Virus record (IMG/VR): IMGVR_UViG_3300012665_000356
Location: 1 to 64,000 of that record
Source: a virus
Reading direction: 5' to 3' (one strand)
DNA length: 64,000 nucleotides
The notes under the pieces were generated by a model that saw only the letters and a program-made list of their open reading frames with translations, searched no databases and was not told the DNA's origin. A program made the position numbers and the translations under genes. Of the stretch, positions 1 through 10,109 are shown piece by piece (the first letter of the stretch is position 1; each line of letters opens with the position of its first letter).

Positions 1-694
1 AATTAGTGACAGCAGCAGTATAGTAAGCAAAAGGATTATTAGATTTGCTCTCATCAAATTGTAGTCCTATCTGAGTAAGTTGTAGAATGGCCTGCCCCTT
101 CATTTCATCATTGTAGGTATAGCCTCTAACGTTGCCTCGAGTAGCATAGCGTTCGCAGAGTTTGATAAACATGCGAGCTAAATTGTTAGTCATCTGTCCG
201 TGGTCTTTGCTAAAGTAACCATTTTGTAAATCGCCCTTCCAGTGACTCTTGCCTATACAGATAAGGTTGTCGTCCTCGTCGTATTTCCAGTGTTGGAAAG
301 GAGGAAAATTAACTTTCTCGTGACTGTCAGCAGTGCTTTTAACTGTTTTTTTGCGTCCTGGTGCTAGCGGGATATGTTCCCAACAAACGATTCGAAATAC
401 AAGATCGGATTTGGGAATTTTTTTATAATCAATTTCGTAGTCTTTGGCCGACGCTTTCTTTTCAGTTAGTTTAGCAGCTTCGTGTGCTACTTTGCTTAAC
501 TTAGCAGCACGATTACGTTTGGCTTCTGCTATAGTTCTAATATTAAGTTTTGCTAAACTAGGCAATATAATATCGTAGTCGCAGTATTCTGGCTGTGTGT
601 AGGAGCAATAAGTATTCTTGCTTCGATGTATTTCTAATAGTAAATCTTTGTTAGTTAGGTATTTTATTTTTGGTACTATAGTGTTTATGGTCAT
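1..694 (-). CDS. T4 gp55-like late-transcription sigma factor (partial, C-terminus runs off the window)
   Basis: Translated by hand from ATG at 694 (not in the ORF track): MTINTIVPKIKYLTNKDLLLEIHRSK...GQMTNNLARMFIKLCERYATRGNVRGYTYNDEMKGQAILQLTQIGLQFDESKSNNPFAYYTAAVTN. The YxxNKxL, RGYTYxDEM and FDxxKSxNPFAYxT blocks are typical of gp55. SD-like GAGGA upstream. Confidence 0.85.
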   Translation of the reverse strand, partial: MTINTIVPKIKYLTNKDLLLEIHRSKNTYCSYTQPEYCDYDIILPSLAKLNIRTIAEAKRNRAAKLSKVAHEAAKLTEKKASAKDYEIDYKKIPKSDLVFRIVCWEHIPLAPGRKKTVKSTADSHEKVNFPPFQHWKYDEDDNLICIGKSHWKGDLQNGYFSKDHGQMTNNLARMFIKLCERYATRGNVRGYTYNDEMKGQAILQLTQIGLQFDESKSNNPFAYYTAAVTN

Positions 695-742
695 TAATTA
701 TAATCCTCTGAGTACTTATATAATAGCATATTTTTAAGGAAA

Positions 743-748
743 TAAATA
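743..748 (+). promoter_or_regulatory. Putative late promoter box TAAATA (T4 TATAAATA-like)
   Basis: AATAAATAGA upstream of the first structural gene; the same hexamer recurs in other intergenic gaps; a gp55-like sigma is adjacent. Confidence 0.6.
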
Positions 749-770
749 GACTAAAGGATGCCAAAATAAC

Positions 771-1919
771 ATGCCATTACCAACCAACGGTGAGTCCACA
801 GCAGGGACTACAACTACAATACAAAACGCACCAGGGTCTGCTGGCTATACTGGATCTTATACATTCATAGATCCGGGTGGTACATATCCGCAATCAAAAC
901 TTGATGCGCAGGTCACAGGGACCGTTAACGGATTTAGAGGATCTGGTGGCAGTGCCGCAGCTAAAAAAGGATTTGGAATTAATTTACCTGACTTTTCAGG
1001 CCTAGATAAAGCGTTGGGTGTATTAGGATCAGCGTTGGCTATAGGGCAGTTGATTTCGTCTACACCAGCCTTATTAGATCAAGCAGGGGAAAATCTTAAA
1101 GCATTTGGTAATTCATTCAAAAGTCTTTTTAGAGATATCAAAGGATCTCTTGGTAAAAAGCCAGGCGAGAAACCTCCTTTTGATCCGTTTCAACTGTTTG
1201 TAAAAGTATCAGGATCAGAAGCCGACGACTGGAGAGTAAAAATATCAACAAATTTTCAAGCATTAGCAGGAACAGATTTAAAAAACCATCCTTTTAAATT
1301 TTTAGAAGAAACTAATGGTATGGTGTTTCCTTTTACTCCTAGCATAACAATGACGCACAAAGCCAACTATACTGTTACAGATCCCACACATAATAATTTT
1401 TCTTATCAAGGATATAAAAATAGTTCAGTTGAAGATATTACAATAACCTGTGATTTTCCAGTGAACACTTATAGAGACGGCCAGTACTGGATAGCCGCAA
1501 CGACGTTTTTAAAATCTGCCACGAAGATGTTTTATGGTCAAAGTACTCCTCAAGGAAATCCGCCAATTGTCTGTTACCTAAGTGGATATGGACCTTATAT
1601 TTTCAATGGAATTCCGGTAGTAATTAAAAGTTATCAAGTGGAATTGAAAGATAACGTAAGTTATAAAAGAATTCCAACAGCTTCTAGCGATGCTCCGGAA
1701 GCAGATGCTACACCAATGGTTACAGGAAAAATTAGCAATCAATCTCTTCCAATGGGCAATGCTACCTTAACTACTGCTGGAGCAGATTCCGCTAATCAAA
1801 CCTGGGTACCAATGATGAGTACAATCACAGTGATTGTTTCACCAATCTACAACAGAGAACGCATTAGACAGTTTAGCATGAAAGATTATACACGCGGCAC
1901 ATACGCAGGAGTTTTATAA
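771..1919 (+). CDS. Virion structural protein, probable baseplate/tail-tube junction (gp48/gp54-like)
   Basis: 382 aa. C-terminal domain (VFPFTPSI...ITITCDFPV...GNPPIVCYLSGYG...PVVIKSY) resembles tube-fold baseplate proteins; lies directly before the gp53-like gene. Confidence 0.5.
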   Translation: MPLPTNGESTAGTTTTIQNAPGSAGYTGSYTFIDPGGTYPQSKLDAQVTGTVNGFRGSGGSAAAKKGFGINLPDFSGLDKALGVLGSALAIGQLISSTPALLDQAGENLKAFGNSFKSLFRDIKGSLGKKPGEKPPFDPFQLFVKVSGSEADDWRVKISTNFQALAGTDLKNHPFKFLEETNGMVFPFTPSITMTHKANYTVTDPTHNNFSYQGYKNSSVEDITITCDFPVNTYRDGQYWIAATTFLKSATKMFYGQSTPQGNPPIVCYLSGYGPYIFNGIPVVIKSYQVELKDNVSYKRIPTASSDAPEADATPMVTGKISNQSLPMGNATLTTAGADSANQTWVPMMSTITVIVSPIYNRERIRQFSMKDYTRGTYAGVL

Positions 1920-2218
1920 TGGCCACTTACGGAAAATCATCACCTTGGTACAACACCGCAGAAAATTTTAATTACTTGGATATCTTATCAATCCGCCCAG
2001 TGCCAGCCGAAGACGATGATGAAGATTATGTTATAGAAAATCAATATAAACATCGACCAGACTTATTGGCATTTGATTTCTATGGTGACAGCAAATTATG
2101 GTGGGTGTTTGTTCAAAGAAATATGAGCGTGATCAAAGATCCAGTATATGACTTTGAACCGGGCGTTACAATTAAAATTCCTAAAAAAAATAATCTACAA
2201 CGATTTATGGGAAATTAA
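1919..2218 (+). CDS. Baseplate wedge protein, gp53/LysM-like
   Basis: RPDLLAFDFYGDSKLWWVF...N...DP..DFEPG..IKIP motif; TAATG coupling to the upstream gene. Confidence 0.75.
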   Translation: MATYGKSSPWYNTAENFNYLDILSIRPVPAEDDDEDYVIENQYKHRPDLLAFDFYGDSKLWWVFVQRNMSVIKDPVYDFEPGVTIKIPKKNNLQRFMGN

Positions 2219-4468
2219 ATGCCAATAGTACTTAAAAAAACCAGTGCTGGAAAATTGTATGATAACGCAATTTTAAAAGTAGCAGAGGAAGAACAGAAAA
2301 AAGCCAACGCTGACCCTTTGTTTCCAGCCGCCGAACCAAACCCTCTTAAGGTATTTTTAGGCGGCTACACGCCAATGATAAGCCTTGGAGTAGTGTCATT
2401 GGATGCGTATAATGCCGGTGCGTATACCGCAGACGAATCTATAGAATATATTATTATTGGTGAAGGCGGAAACGTAGGAAAAGTAGATCCTTCGGGTCTT
2501 GGTAAACGTCCAAACACATTTTACGGTGCTCCAGAATATTACATTAATAATTTTGAAGTTGATACCATACACGTTCCGGACAGTCAAGTTGGCAGCACTT
2601 CGGCAACTAAATTTCAGTTTCAAGTGTTCGAACCCTACAGCATGGGAATTTTTTATCAAAGTCTTCTGTTGGCTGCTGTTAAAGCAGGATACCCAAATTA
2701 CCAAGACGCTACATTTATTTTAAAAATAGAATTTAAAGGTTGGGAACAAGATGGAGATTTTAATGTAGAGTCTTCAACAGCGCCTGGCACTACTAGATAC
2801 TTTGCTATCCAGTTGGTAAACTCTCAAATGACTTTTAATGAAACTGGGTCTGTATATACTGTCAACGCAATATCGGCAGCAATAATTCCTCAACTCAGTA
2901 CCTATAGTAATGTAAAACGTTCAATTACTATAACAGGCAGTGGTCTTGAATCAATTTTCACATCGGGCAAAACTTCATTGACTGCTGCCCTAAACGCTCA
3001 AGAAAAAAAAGCAGCAAAGGACGCAATAGTCAGCGAACCCGACGAATACGCAATAGAAATTTATAATGAAGCAACAGATATATTAAAATCAAAATTTCAA
3101 CAGACTTCTAAAAATAGCAGTTACTTGGTTGACGCTAAAGAAGCATTTGATGTTGTTAGGAATCAAATCAACACCGCAGGTATTTTAACATTTACTTTTC
3201 CAGTCGCTAAAGATGGTATTACAATTCCAAAAATAATAGACGAAGTAATGATACACTCGGAATATTGTATTAAATCTATTGAAAACGCTAAAAAAGATCC
3301 CGCTGGTTATATTGACTGGTATAGAATAGAAACTAGATTTGAATATAAAAAAATATCTTCTGGTGGCCAAACAGCAAAAAAATTAATCTATGTTATTGTT
3401 CCTTATAAAGCACATTCTAGTGTATGGAAATCACCAGCTGAAAAATTTAAAGGTGTTAGTGAAATACGAAAATCAATAATTAGAAAATATGAATATTTCT
3501 ATACAGGACAAAATGATGATATTCTTAAATGGGAATTGAATTTTGATTTTTTACATTTTACAATGTTAAACCCAACATTACTTGGGGACTCTGCAACAAA
3601 TTCTTTAGCAGTAGCAGGAAGAGTTGATAAAGAAGTAATTTACACAGCCAATCCTGGAGACGATCTTAGTCAGTTGGCCAGAGTCACAGGAGCCTCTAGA
3701 ATTATGAGAACAAACAAGTCAGTTGGTGCTGCTCCCCAAGGCGGCGCATATGCCGACGATGAAGCAGTTAAAATAGCTAGAATGTTTCAAGAGGCATTAA
3801 GAACAAATAACTCCAAAGGTCAAATTAGAGTTGAGATGGATATTATTGGCGATCCTTATTATCTTAGCGAAGCTGGAGTGTTTCTTACAGATAAATCAAA
3901 TTCTGCGCAAATAAAACGCCCTGCTAATGTAACTGACTTAATAAGGTCCAACGGTTCTATGGCTGACGGTGAATCAGAAGTTAGAGTGTTTTTAGGTATA
4001 CGAACCCCAATAGATGCCCCTGTGCCCGATGGATCTTTTTTTGAATTTCCAAGAGGTTACAGTCCTTTTAGTGGTTTATATAAACTTCTTAGAACTAAAA
4101 ATATGATCAAAGACGGAGTGTTTACACAGAAATTAACCTTGCTAAGAGATATTGCTCAAGATTTGCCCAAGGTTAACGATCCTGCTATCAACGCAGCAAC
4201 TTCTAACAGCGAACTTGGTTTATATCGAATGAGTGGCGAATCAACAACAGTTGGCACTGCTTCAGTATCTAAGGAAGCTATTCCGCCGCCCCCAGGTTCT
4301 ACAGCAGACTTAGAAGGGCAAAAAAAGGTAGCAGTTATTTTAGGATCACCTGCTGTTGCCTTTCCAGTTCGTTCGTCAAGTGTGATACCTACAACAATTC
4401 AATCAACTGATGGAGCAATAACAAGAATTAATAATGCCCCACCAGATATGGGGCGAGCTCCTGAATAA
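2219..4468 (+). CDS. Probable baseplate hub protein (gp27-like position)
   Basis: 749 aa between the gp53- and gp5-like genes; IIGDPYY and FSGLY...FTQKLTL motifs seen in hub proteins. Confidence 0.5.
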   Translation: MPIVLKKTSAGKLYDNAILKVAEEEQKKANADPLFPAAEPNPLKVFLGGYTPMISLGVVSLDAYNAGAYTADESIEYIIIGEGGNVGKVDPSGLGKRPNTFYGAPEYYINNFEVDTIHVPDSQVGSTSATKFQFQVFEPYSMGIFYQSLLLAAVKAGYPNYQDATFILKIEFKGWEQDGDFNVESSTAPGTTRYFAIQLVNSQMTFNETGSVYTVNAISAAIIPQLSTYSNVKRSITITGSGLESIFTSGKTSLTAALNAQEKKAAKDAIVSEPDEYAIEIYNEATDILKSKFQQTSKNSSYLVDAKEAFDVVRNQINTAGILTFTFPVAKDGITIPKIIDEVMIHSEYCIKSIENAKKDPAGYIDWYRIETRFEYKKISSGGQTAKKLIYVIVPYKAHSSVWKSPAEKFKGVSEIRKSIIRKYEYFYTGQNDDILKWELNFDFLHFTMLNPTLLGDSATNSLAVAGRVDKEVIYTANPGDDLSQLARVTGASRIMRTNKSVGAAPQGGAYADDEAVKIARMFQEALRTNNSKGQIRVEMDIIGDPYYLSEAGVFLTDKSNSAQIKRPANVTDLIRSNGSMADGESEVRVFLGIRTPIDAPVPDGSFFEFPRGYSPFSGLYKLLRTKNMIKDGVFTQKLTLLRDIAQDLPKVNDPAINAATSNSELGLYRMSGESTTVGTASVSKEAIPPPPGSTADLEGQKKVAVILGSPAVAFPVRSSSVIPTTIQSTDGAITRINNAPPDMGRAPE

Positions 4469-4479
4469 CAAGGAAAATA

Positions 4480-6093
4480 ATGTCAGCTTACATTCCAAAT
4501 AATCAAATTGAAATACCAAAAATGGCAGGTCCTCGGCTGGCTCGAGTAGTAGGGCATGGCGACAGTGAATTTATGGGAACCTTGTTTGTTCAATTGCTAG
4601 GAATGAACAATGATACTTTTGGTCAAGAAACATCTACAATACCTGCTCATTATTGTCCTCCATTTTTTGGAGCTACCAACGAAGCGTTTAACGGCAGCAA
4701 CACTGGCAACGGTCAGGCCTTTAACGACACACAAAAAAGTTATGGTATGTCTTTTGTGCCTCCTGACATTGGGGTTACAGTCTTAGTAATATTTGTTGAA
4801 GAAATAGGAAAATGTTTTTGGATTGGCTGTGTTCCTAACGTGCACATGAACCATATGGTTCCAGCGATTGCCGCGTCTGCGGCCGTTGACGGTGCTCCTA
4901 GTGAATTGTCAGAATATGGAACTTCTACACTGCCGGTTGCTGAAATTAATGTATTATCAGAAGAAGCTAAAACTAATAAAAACACTGACAACATCAAACG
5001 CCCAATACATCCAATGGCAGGATTTATGTTAGCGCAGGGCCTGGTAGCAGATTATATCCGTGGACCGACAACATCGTCTATGCGACGAAATTACATTTCT
5101 AATGTTTATGGTATTTCGACACCCGGGCCTTTAGACAAGAGATCAGGAGCAAAAAAAGCCAAAGCAGGTACTATAGAAAACCCCACAGAGAAAGATGTAT
5201 TTGTTAGCAGAGTTGGTGGTACACAATTAGTCATGGACGACGGCGATGATCGTTTTGTTAGAACAACTACCGCAGGAGTTGGAAAATCAGAATATGTTAA
5301 AAGTGACGACGGTAGTGGCGATCTAAGGATTCCGTTTAATGAATATTTTAGAGTAAGAACACGAACAGGGCATCAGTTATTGATGCACAATTCAGAAGAT
5401 TTAATTTATATTGGAAATTCAAAAGGAACTGCTTGGATAGAATTAACCAGCAACGGTAAGATTGACATTTATTCGTCTGATAGTATCAGCATACATTCTG
5501 AAGGTGACTTTAACTTTCGAGCTGATCGAGATGTAAACATTGAAGCTGGAAGAAATATAAATTTCCGTGCTGAAAAATCTATGTACACACAGGTTGTAGA
5601 AAATCACACATTGATTGTTGGCAAAAATCAAACCATTCAAATCAAAGGCACGTCAGATACTACTATTACAGGAAACTCTACTTTATCAGTTGACGCTAAC
5701 AACAGTATTAAAATCAAAGGCGTTTCAACATTTACAGCCACTGGAAATTTAAATTTTAATACTGCGGCTAGTTCTTTTTTAACGTCTGGTGTTGATTCAA
5801 ACATATTAAGTGGAAACAATCATAAAGTTACTACTGGAAATAAAATTTATATGAACAGTTCTGTAGTAGCAGATCCAGCTACTCCGGCCACTGCGGCCAC
5901 TGCTCCTAAAGAATTAGATCTACGTGAAAACATCAAAGTTGATGTGACACTGGATTGGAAGTCAACGGGCTTTCAAGGAACTACACCGATAAAAAGTATT
6001 ATGAAACGCATTCCTATGCATGAGCCGTGGCCCGGACATGAAAACGTTGACCCAGAAAAAACAGGACTGTTAAAAACTGACAGAGATGTCTAA
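4480..6093 (+). CDS. Baseplate central spike, gp5/VgrG-like (OB-fold plus beta-helix, no lysozyme domain)
   Basis: N-terminal ARVVG..D...GTLFV and PPDIGVTVLVIF....CFWIGC; RTRTGHQLLM; repetitive beta-helix segment. Confidence 0.8.
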   Translation: MSAYIPNNQIEIPKMAGPRLARVVGHGDSEFMGTLFVQLLGMNNDTFGQETSTIPAHYCPPFFGATNEAFNGSNTGNGQAFNDTQKSYGMSFVPPDIGVTVLVIFVEEIGKCFWIGCVPNVHMNHMVPAIAASAAVDGAPSELSEYGTSTLPVAEINVLSEEAKTNKNTDNIKRPIHPMAGFMLAQGLVADYIRGPTTSSMRRNYISNVYGISTPGPLDKRSGAKKAKAGTIENPTEKDVFVSRVGGTQLVMDDGDDRFVRTTTAGVGKSEYVKSDDGSGDLRIPFNEYFRVRTRTGHQLLMHNSEDLIYIGNSKGTAWIELTSNGKIDIYSSDSISIHSEGDFNFRADRDVNIEAGRNINFRAEKSMYTQVVENHTLIVGKNQTIQIKGTSDTTITGNSTLSVDANNSIKIKGVSTFTATGNLNFNTAASSFLTSGVDSNILSGNNHKVTTGNKIYMNSSVVADPATPATAATAPKELDLRENIKVDVTLDWKSTGFQGTTPIKSIMKRIPMHEPWPGHENVDPEKTGLLKTDRDV

Positions 6094-6104
6094 GGAAATA
6101 AATT

Positions 6105-6545
6105 ATGGCAAATAAAATTTATAATGTTAAAAAAGCTGAAACAATTAAGTCTAGTGTCGGGCAGTCTAATACCGGACTGTTTTTGTATAAAGGATTTAAT
6201 TCTAGAAGGCAAAAAGACAAATTTAAAGAGTATGATGTAGACCTAGTAAACCAAGATCTGTTAAATCATTTTAATATTAAACTTGGAGAAAAATTAGAAA
6301 ATCCATCGTTTGGTACAGGAATTTGGGCATTGTTATACGAGCCTATGAATGACGAAACTGTGAACAGAATCAAAGCAGATGTGGAGGAAGTGGTTAACAG
6401 AGATCCCCGAGTACAGCCGCTGAATATACAGGTCAATGTTGTTGATCAAGGTGTTAGAATAGAGCTAGATCTTTTTTATGTTAACACTAATGTAAGAGAA
6501 AAGATGGCAGTTAATTTTGATAATTCCCAACGCCCTCAAAGATAA
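6105..6545 (+). CDS. Baseplate wedge protein, gp25-like
   Basis: DLLNHFNIKLGEKLENPSFGTGIWALLYEP...DPRV motif of the GPW/gp25 family. Confidence 0.85.
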   Translation: MANKIYNVKKAETIKSSVGQSNTGLFLYKGFNSRRQKDKFKEYDVDLVNQDLLNHFNIKLGEKLENPSFGTGIWALLYEPMNDETVNRIKADVEEVVNRDPRVQPLNIQVNVVDQGVRIELDLFYVNTNVREKMAVNFDNSQRPQR

Positions 6546-6568
6546 AATGCGCACATTATAAAATCAAA

Positions 6569-6574
6569 TAAATA
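6569..6574 (+). promoter_or_regulatory. Putative late promoter box TAAATA
   Basis: AAATAAATAG in the gap before the gp6-like gene. Confidence 0.55.
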
Positions 6575-6591
6575 GATTATAGGAATGATAC

Positions 6592-9500
6592 ATGACCACT
6601 ACCTCGAGACAAAATAATTTAATTCTAGCAGAAGATTGGACTAGGATTTATCAGACATTTAAAAATGCTGATTTTAAATCTTATGACTTTGAAAATCTTC
6701 GCCGGGTAATGATTGAGTATCTTCGTGAAAATTACCCAGAAGATTTCAATGATTATATTGAAAGTTCTGAATATGTTGCTCTTATTGATCTTATTGCGTT
6801 TCTAGGGCAAAGCCTTGCTTTCCGCATTGATTTAAACAGCAGAGAAAATTTCATTGAATTAGCTAATAGAAAAGAAAGTGTTCTTAGATTAGCTAGAATG
6901 CTCAGCTATAACGCTAAAAGAAATATAGCCTCATCTGGACTTTTAAAATTTGAATCAGTATCTACTACAGAAAATCTCTTTGACAGCAACGGTGTAAATC
7001 TTTCAAAACAAAGCATCAGTTGGAATGATCCAACAAACCCTAACTGGTACGAACAGTTTATTTTAATACTAAATGCCGCCATGATTCCAAACATTGAATT
7101 TGGTAAAAGTCAAGGCAGCGCAATTATTGATGGCATTGCTACAGAACAATATCGTTTCAATTCAACAGCTACGGGAGTTCCAATATTTTCGTTTAGCAAA
7201 GTAACTGGCGGCCGCAGTATGACTTTTGAAGCCGGCAGCACATCTATAATTAACTCAGAATCGATATACGAAGAAGACCCAACTCCGGGCACACAAATAG
7301 GGTTTATCTACAGACAAGACGGCAAAGGCAACTCTAGCAACAACACTGGATTTTTTATGTTGTTTAAACAGGGTTCTTTAGAGTCTGCGGATTTTTCAAT
7401 TACTCAACCAACTACCAGTGAAATAGTTTCAGTACAAACCAATGGGATCAACAACGACGATTTTTGGTTATATTCTACAGACAGTCAAGGAGTTGAATCA
7501 ACTCTGTGGACAAAAGTCAGTTCAGTAGAAGGAAATAATGTTGTTTATAATAGTATTAACAGCAATCAACGAAATATCTATTCTATAATAACAAGAGAAA
7601 ACGATCAAGTTGATTTGTTATTTTCTGATGGTGTCTATGGTAACTTACCAAAAGGAAATTTTAGAGCCTATTACAGAGTATCTAATGGTTTAGAATATTC
7701 TATAGCCCCTAATGAAATGAAGGGTGTTAACCTTGAAGTAAAATATAGAAATAATCTTGGTGCTGAACACACATTAACAATGTCTGTGGGACTAAGCTAT
7801 ACCGTAGACAACTCAGCGGTGTCTGAAGATATTGATTCTATAAGAACCAAAGCACCAGCATTGTTTTATACACAAAACAGAATGATTACCGGAGAAGATT
7901 ATAATCTTGCTCCATTGGCAAGCAGTCAAGACATTTTAAAAGTAAAAGCAGTTAATAGAACTAGCAGCGGAGTGTCAAGAAATTTTGACATTGTTGATGC
8001 GTCTGGAAAATATTCCAAAGTAAATGTCTTTGCTGATGACGGATATCTATATAGAAAAGATGTTGAAAAAACATTTAGTTTTAGATACACAAATAAAAAT
8101 ATAGTTTTAAATTTTTTAAGAAACACAGTTGAACCTGCGCTACAAGACTTTTCAACTTATAATTTCTTTTTAACTAATTTTGACAAAATAGTTACATCAG
8201 ATGTAAATGTTAAGTGGCTTCAGTCTACTAAAGATACCACAGCATGTACTGGATATTTTGGAAACTTTTTTGATAGTTTTCCAATTAAAGTTGGCGGCTC
8301 TTATACCAGCAGTAACTTAAGATTTGTTGAAGTTGGTTCACTGGTTAAGTTTATCACAGACCCAACTTTATCTCAGGCTTTTAAGAATGGCGAAATAGTT
8401 AATTTTGATCCTTCAGACTTAGAACAAACAAAATATATTTGGACTCGTGTTGTAAAAATTGTTGGTGACGGAACCAACGCTGGTAAAGGAAATTTAAATT
8501 CTGGTCTAGGGCCTATAACATTTAGTGACGTAATTCCTACAGGAGCAAGACCTTCTCAGGTAGTGCCTAAATTTATCACAGATGTTAACACAGATATTGA
8601 AACTGAAATTTTAAATCTTACATTTGCTTCTGAAACATTTGGCTTAAGATACGATCTAGCAACTAGAACATGGAAAATTATAACTTCTACAAACATTGAT
8701 TTAATCAATGAATTTAGCTTAGGTCAAGCAGGCAGCACAGCTAATGCTAACAGTGACGCATCATGGCTTATCGCATTTGTGTTTGACGGTGAAGAATATC
8801 TAGTTAGAATAAAAAATACAGATTATGTATTTTCTAGTGTTAGTCAAAACAGATTTTATTTTGACAGCAATGAAAAAATTTATGACAGCAAAAATAGAAC
8901 TGTCATCAAAGATCAAGTCAAGGTATTGGGAATTAATAATACTCCAACTGGCCGTGCTAAAAGTTATGTTGACGTGGCCGCTGATATCATGGCGTTAAAA
9001 GCGTCTAACGTTGATTTTACACTTGCTGATGTTATAAATTTAGTCAATCAAAATCAAATACTAAAACAAGACATTGCCTTTGAAGTTGCGGACTCGGTAA
9101 GATACGATGACGGTTATCAAAGTTATGAAAGTATTAAATTAGCTTTCATTGACAGTGACAGTGATGGCACCGCAGATAATCCAGATGCGTTTGATGAAAT
9201 TGTTGGTACTGCTATTTCTGACAAATATTTGTTTTTCCAAGAATCTACAGATGAGTTTGGATTTAAAAATTTAAAATATATTCCTAATGTTGATGAAAAA
9301 ATATTAATTTTAGACAAAGAAATCAACGTCAACGTTAATGATTATGACCACAATCAGTTGGTTTATTTTTATGATCAAGATGAAAATGTTATTAAACGTG
9401 TAGACCTAGTGACTAGGTCGTTTATATTAGAGCCTGGCTATTCTGCGTTTATTGGCAGAGACAATCTTAAGTTTCAGTACATTCACAATGCCAGCAGCGA

Positions 9501-10107
9501 CAGACGAATTGATCCAAGTGTAAGTAACATTATTGATGTTTATCTACTTGAAAGAACTTATGATTTAAATTATAGAAATTGGTTAGTTGGTTATCTTTCT
9601 ACAGAACCTGAACTGCCAACATCAGAAGCTATGCGAATAAAATTTGGCTCCAATCTTTCAGAAATAAAAGCAATCAGTGATGAAATAGTTTATCACCCTG
9701 TTAGATACTTTCCATTGTTTGGCAGCAAAGCACCTGCAGAGTTTCAGGCAACTTTTAAAGTGGTAAAAAATCCTTCGATAACTATTAATGATAATAATTT
9801 AAAAGTTAGAATTATAAATTCTATCAATGAATTTTTTGATATTGCTAACTGGGACTTTGGTGATAGATTTTACGCCAGTGAGTTGATCACATACGTGACA
9901 ACACAAAATGCTCCAGATATTAGTAATATGGTACTTGTACCTAAACAACAATCTCAGGCGTTTGGCAGTTTAATTGAAATACAGGCAAGGCCAGATGAAA
10001 TTTTAGTCAGCGCAGCAACAGTCGATAACATTGAAATTCTTAATAATATTACAGCTGGAGAGTTAAATCTTTTAACTTCACAGGTTGTTAGCAAAACAAG
10101 CGAGTAA
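6592..10107 (+). CDS. Baseplate wedge protein, gp6-like
   Basis: 1171 aa; DFKSYDFENLR...ESSEYVALIDLIAF...ENFIELA..ESVLRLARMLSY and QNRMITGEDY motifs; follows gp25. Confidence 0.85.
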   Translation: MTTTSRQNNLILAEDWTRIYQTFKNADFKSYDFENLRRVMIEYLRENYPEDFNDYIESSEYVALIDLIAFLGQSLAFRIDLNSRENFIELANRKESVLRLARMLSYNAKRNIASSGLLKFESVSTTENLFDSNGVNLSKQSISWNDPTNPNWYEQFILILNAAMIPNIEFGKSQGSAIIDGIATEQYRFNSTATGVPIFSFSKVTGGRSMTFEAGSTSIINSESIYEEDPTPGTQIGFIYRQDGKGNSSNNTGFFMLFKQGSLESADFSITQPTTSEIVSVQTNGINNDDFWLYSTDSQGVESTLWTKVSSVEGNNVVYNSINSNQRNIYSIITRENDQVDLLFSDGVYGNLPKGNFRAYYRVSNGLEYSIAPNEMKGVNLEVKYRNNLGAEHTLTMSVGLSYTVDNSAVSEDIDSIRTKAPALFYTQNRMITGEDYNLAPLASSQDILKVKAVNRTSSGVSRNFDIVDASGKYSKVNVFADDGYLYRKDVEKTFSFRYTNKNIVLNFLRNTVEPALQDFSTYNFFLTNFDKIVTSDVNVKWLQSTKDTTACTGYFGNFFDSFPIKVGGSYTSSNLRFVEVGSLVKFITDPTLSQAFKNGEIVNFDPSDLEQTKYIWTRVVKIVGDGTNAGKGNLNSGLGPITFSDVIPTGARPSQVVPKFITDVNTDIETEILNLTFASETFGLRYDLATRTWKIITSTNIDLINEFSLGQAGSTANANSDASWLIAFVFDGEEYLVRIKNTDYVFSSVSQNRFYFDSNEKIYDSKNRTVIKDQVKVLGINNTPTGRAKSYVDVAADIMALKASNVDFTLADVINLVNQNQILKQDIAFEVADSVRYDDGYQSYESIKLAFIDSDSDGTADNPDAFDEIVGTAISDKYLFFQESTDEFGFKNLKYIPNVDEKILILDKEINVNVNDYDHNQLVYFYDQDENVIKRVDLVTRSFILEPGYSAFIGRDNLKFQYIHNASSDRRIDPSVSNIIDVYLLERTYDLNYRNWLVGYLSTEPELPTSEAMRIKFGSNLSEIKAISDEIVYHPVRYFPLFGSKAPAEFQATFKVVKNPSITINDNNLKVRIINSINEFFDIANWDFGDRFYASELITYVTTQNAPDISNMVLVPKQQSQAFGSLIEIQARPDEILVSAATVDNIEILNNITAGELNLLTSQVVSKTSE

Positions 10108-10109
10108 TA

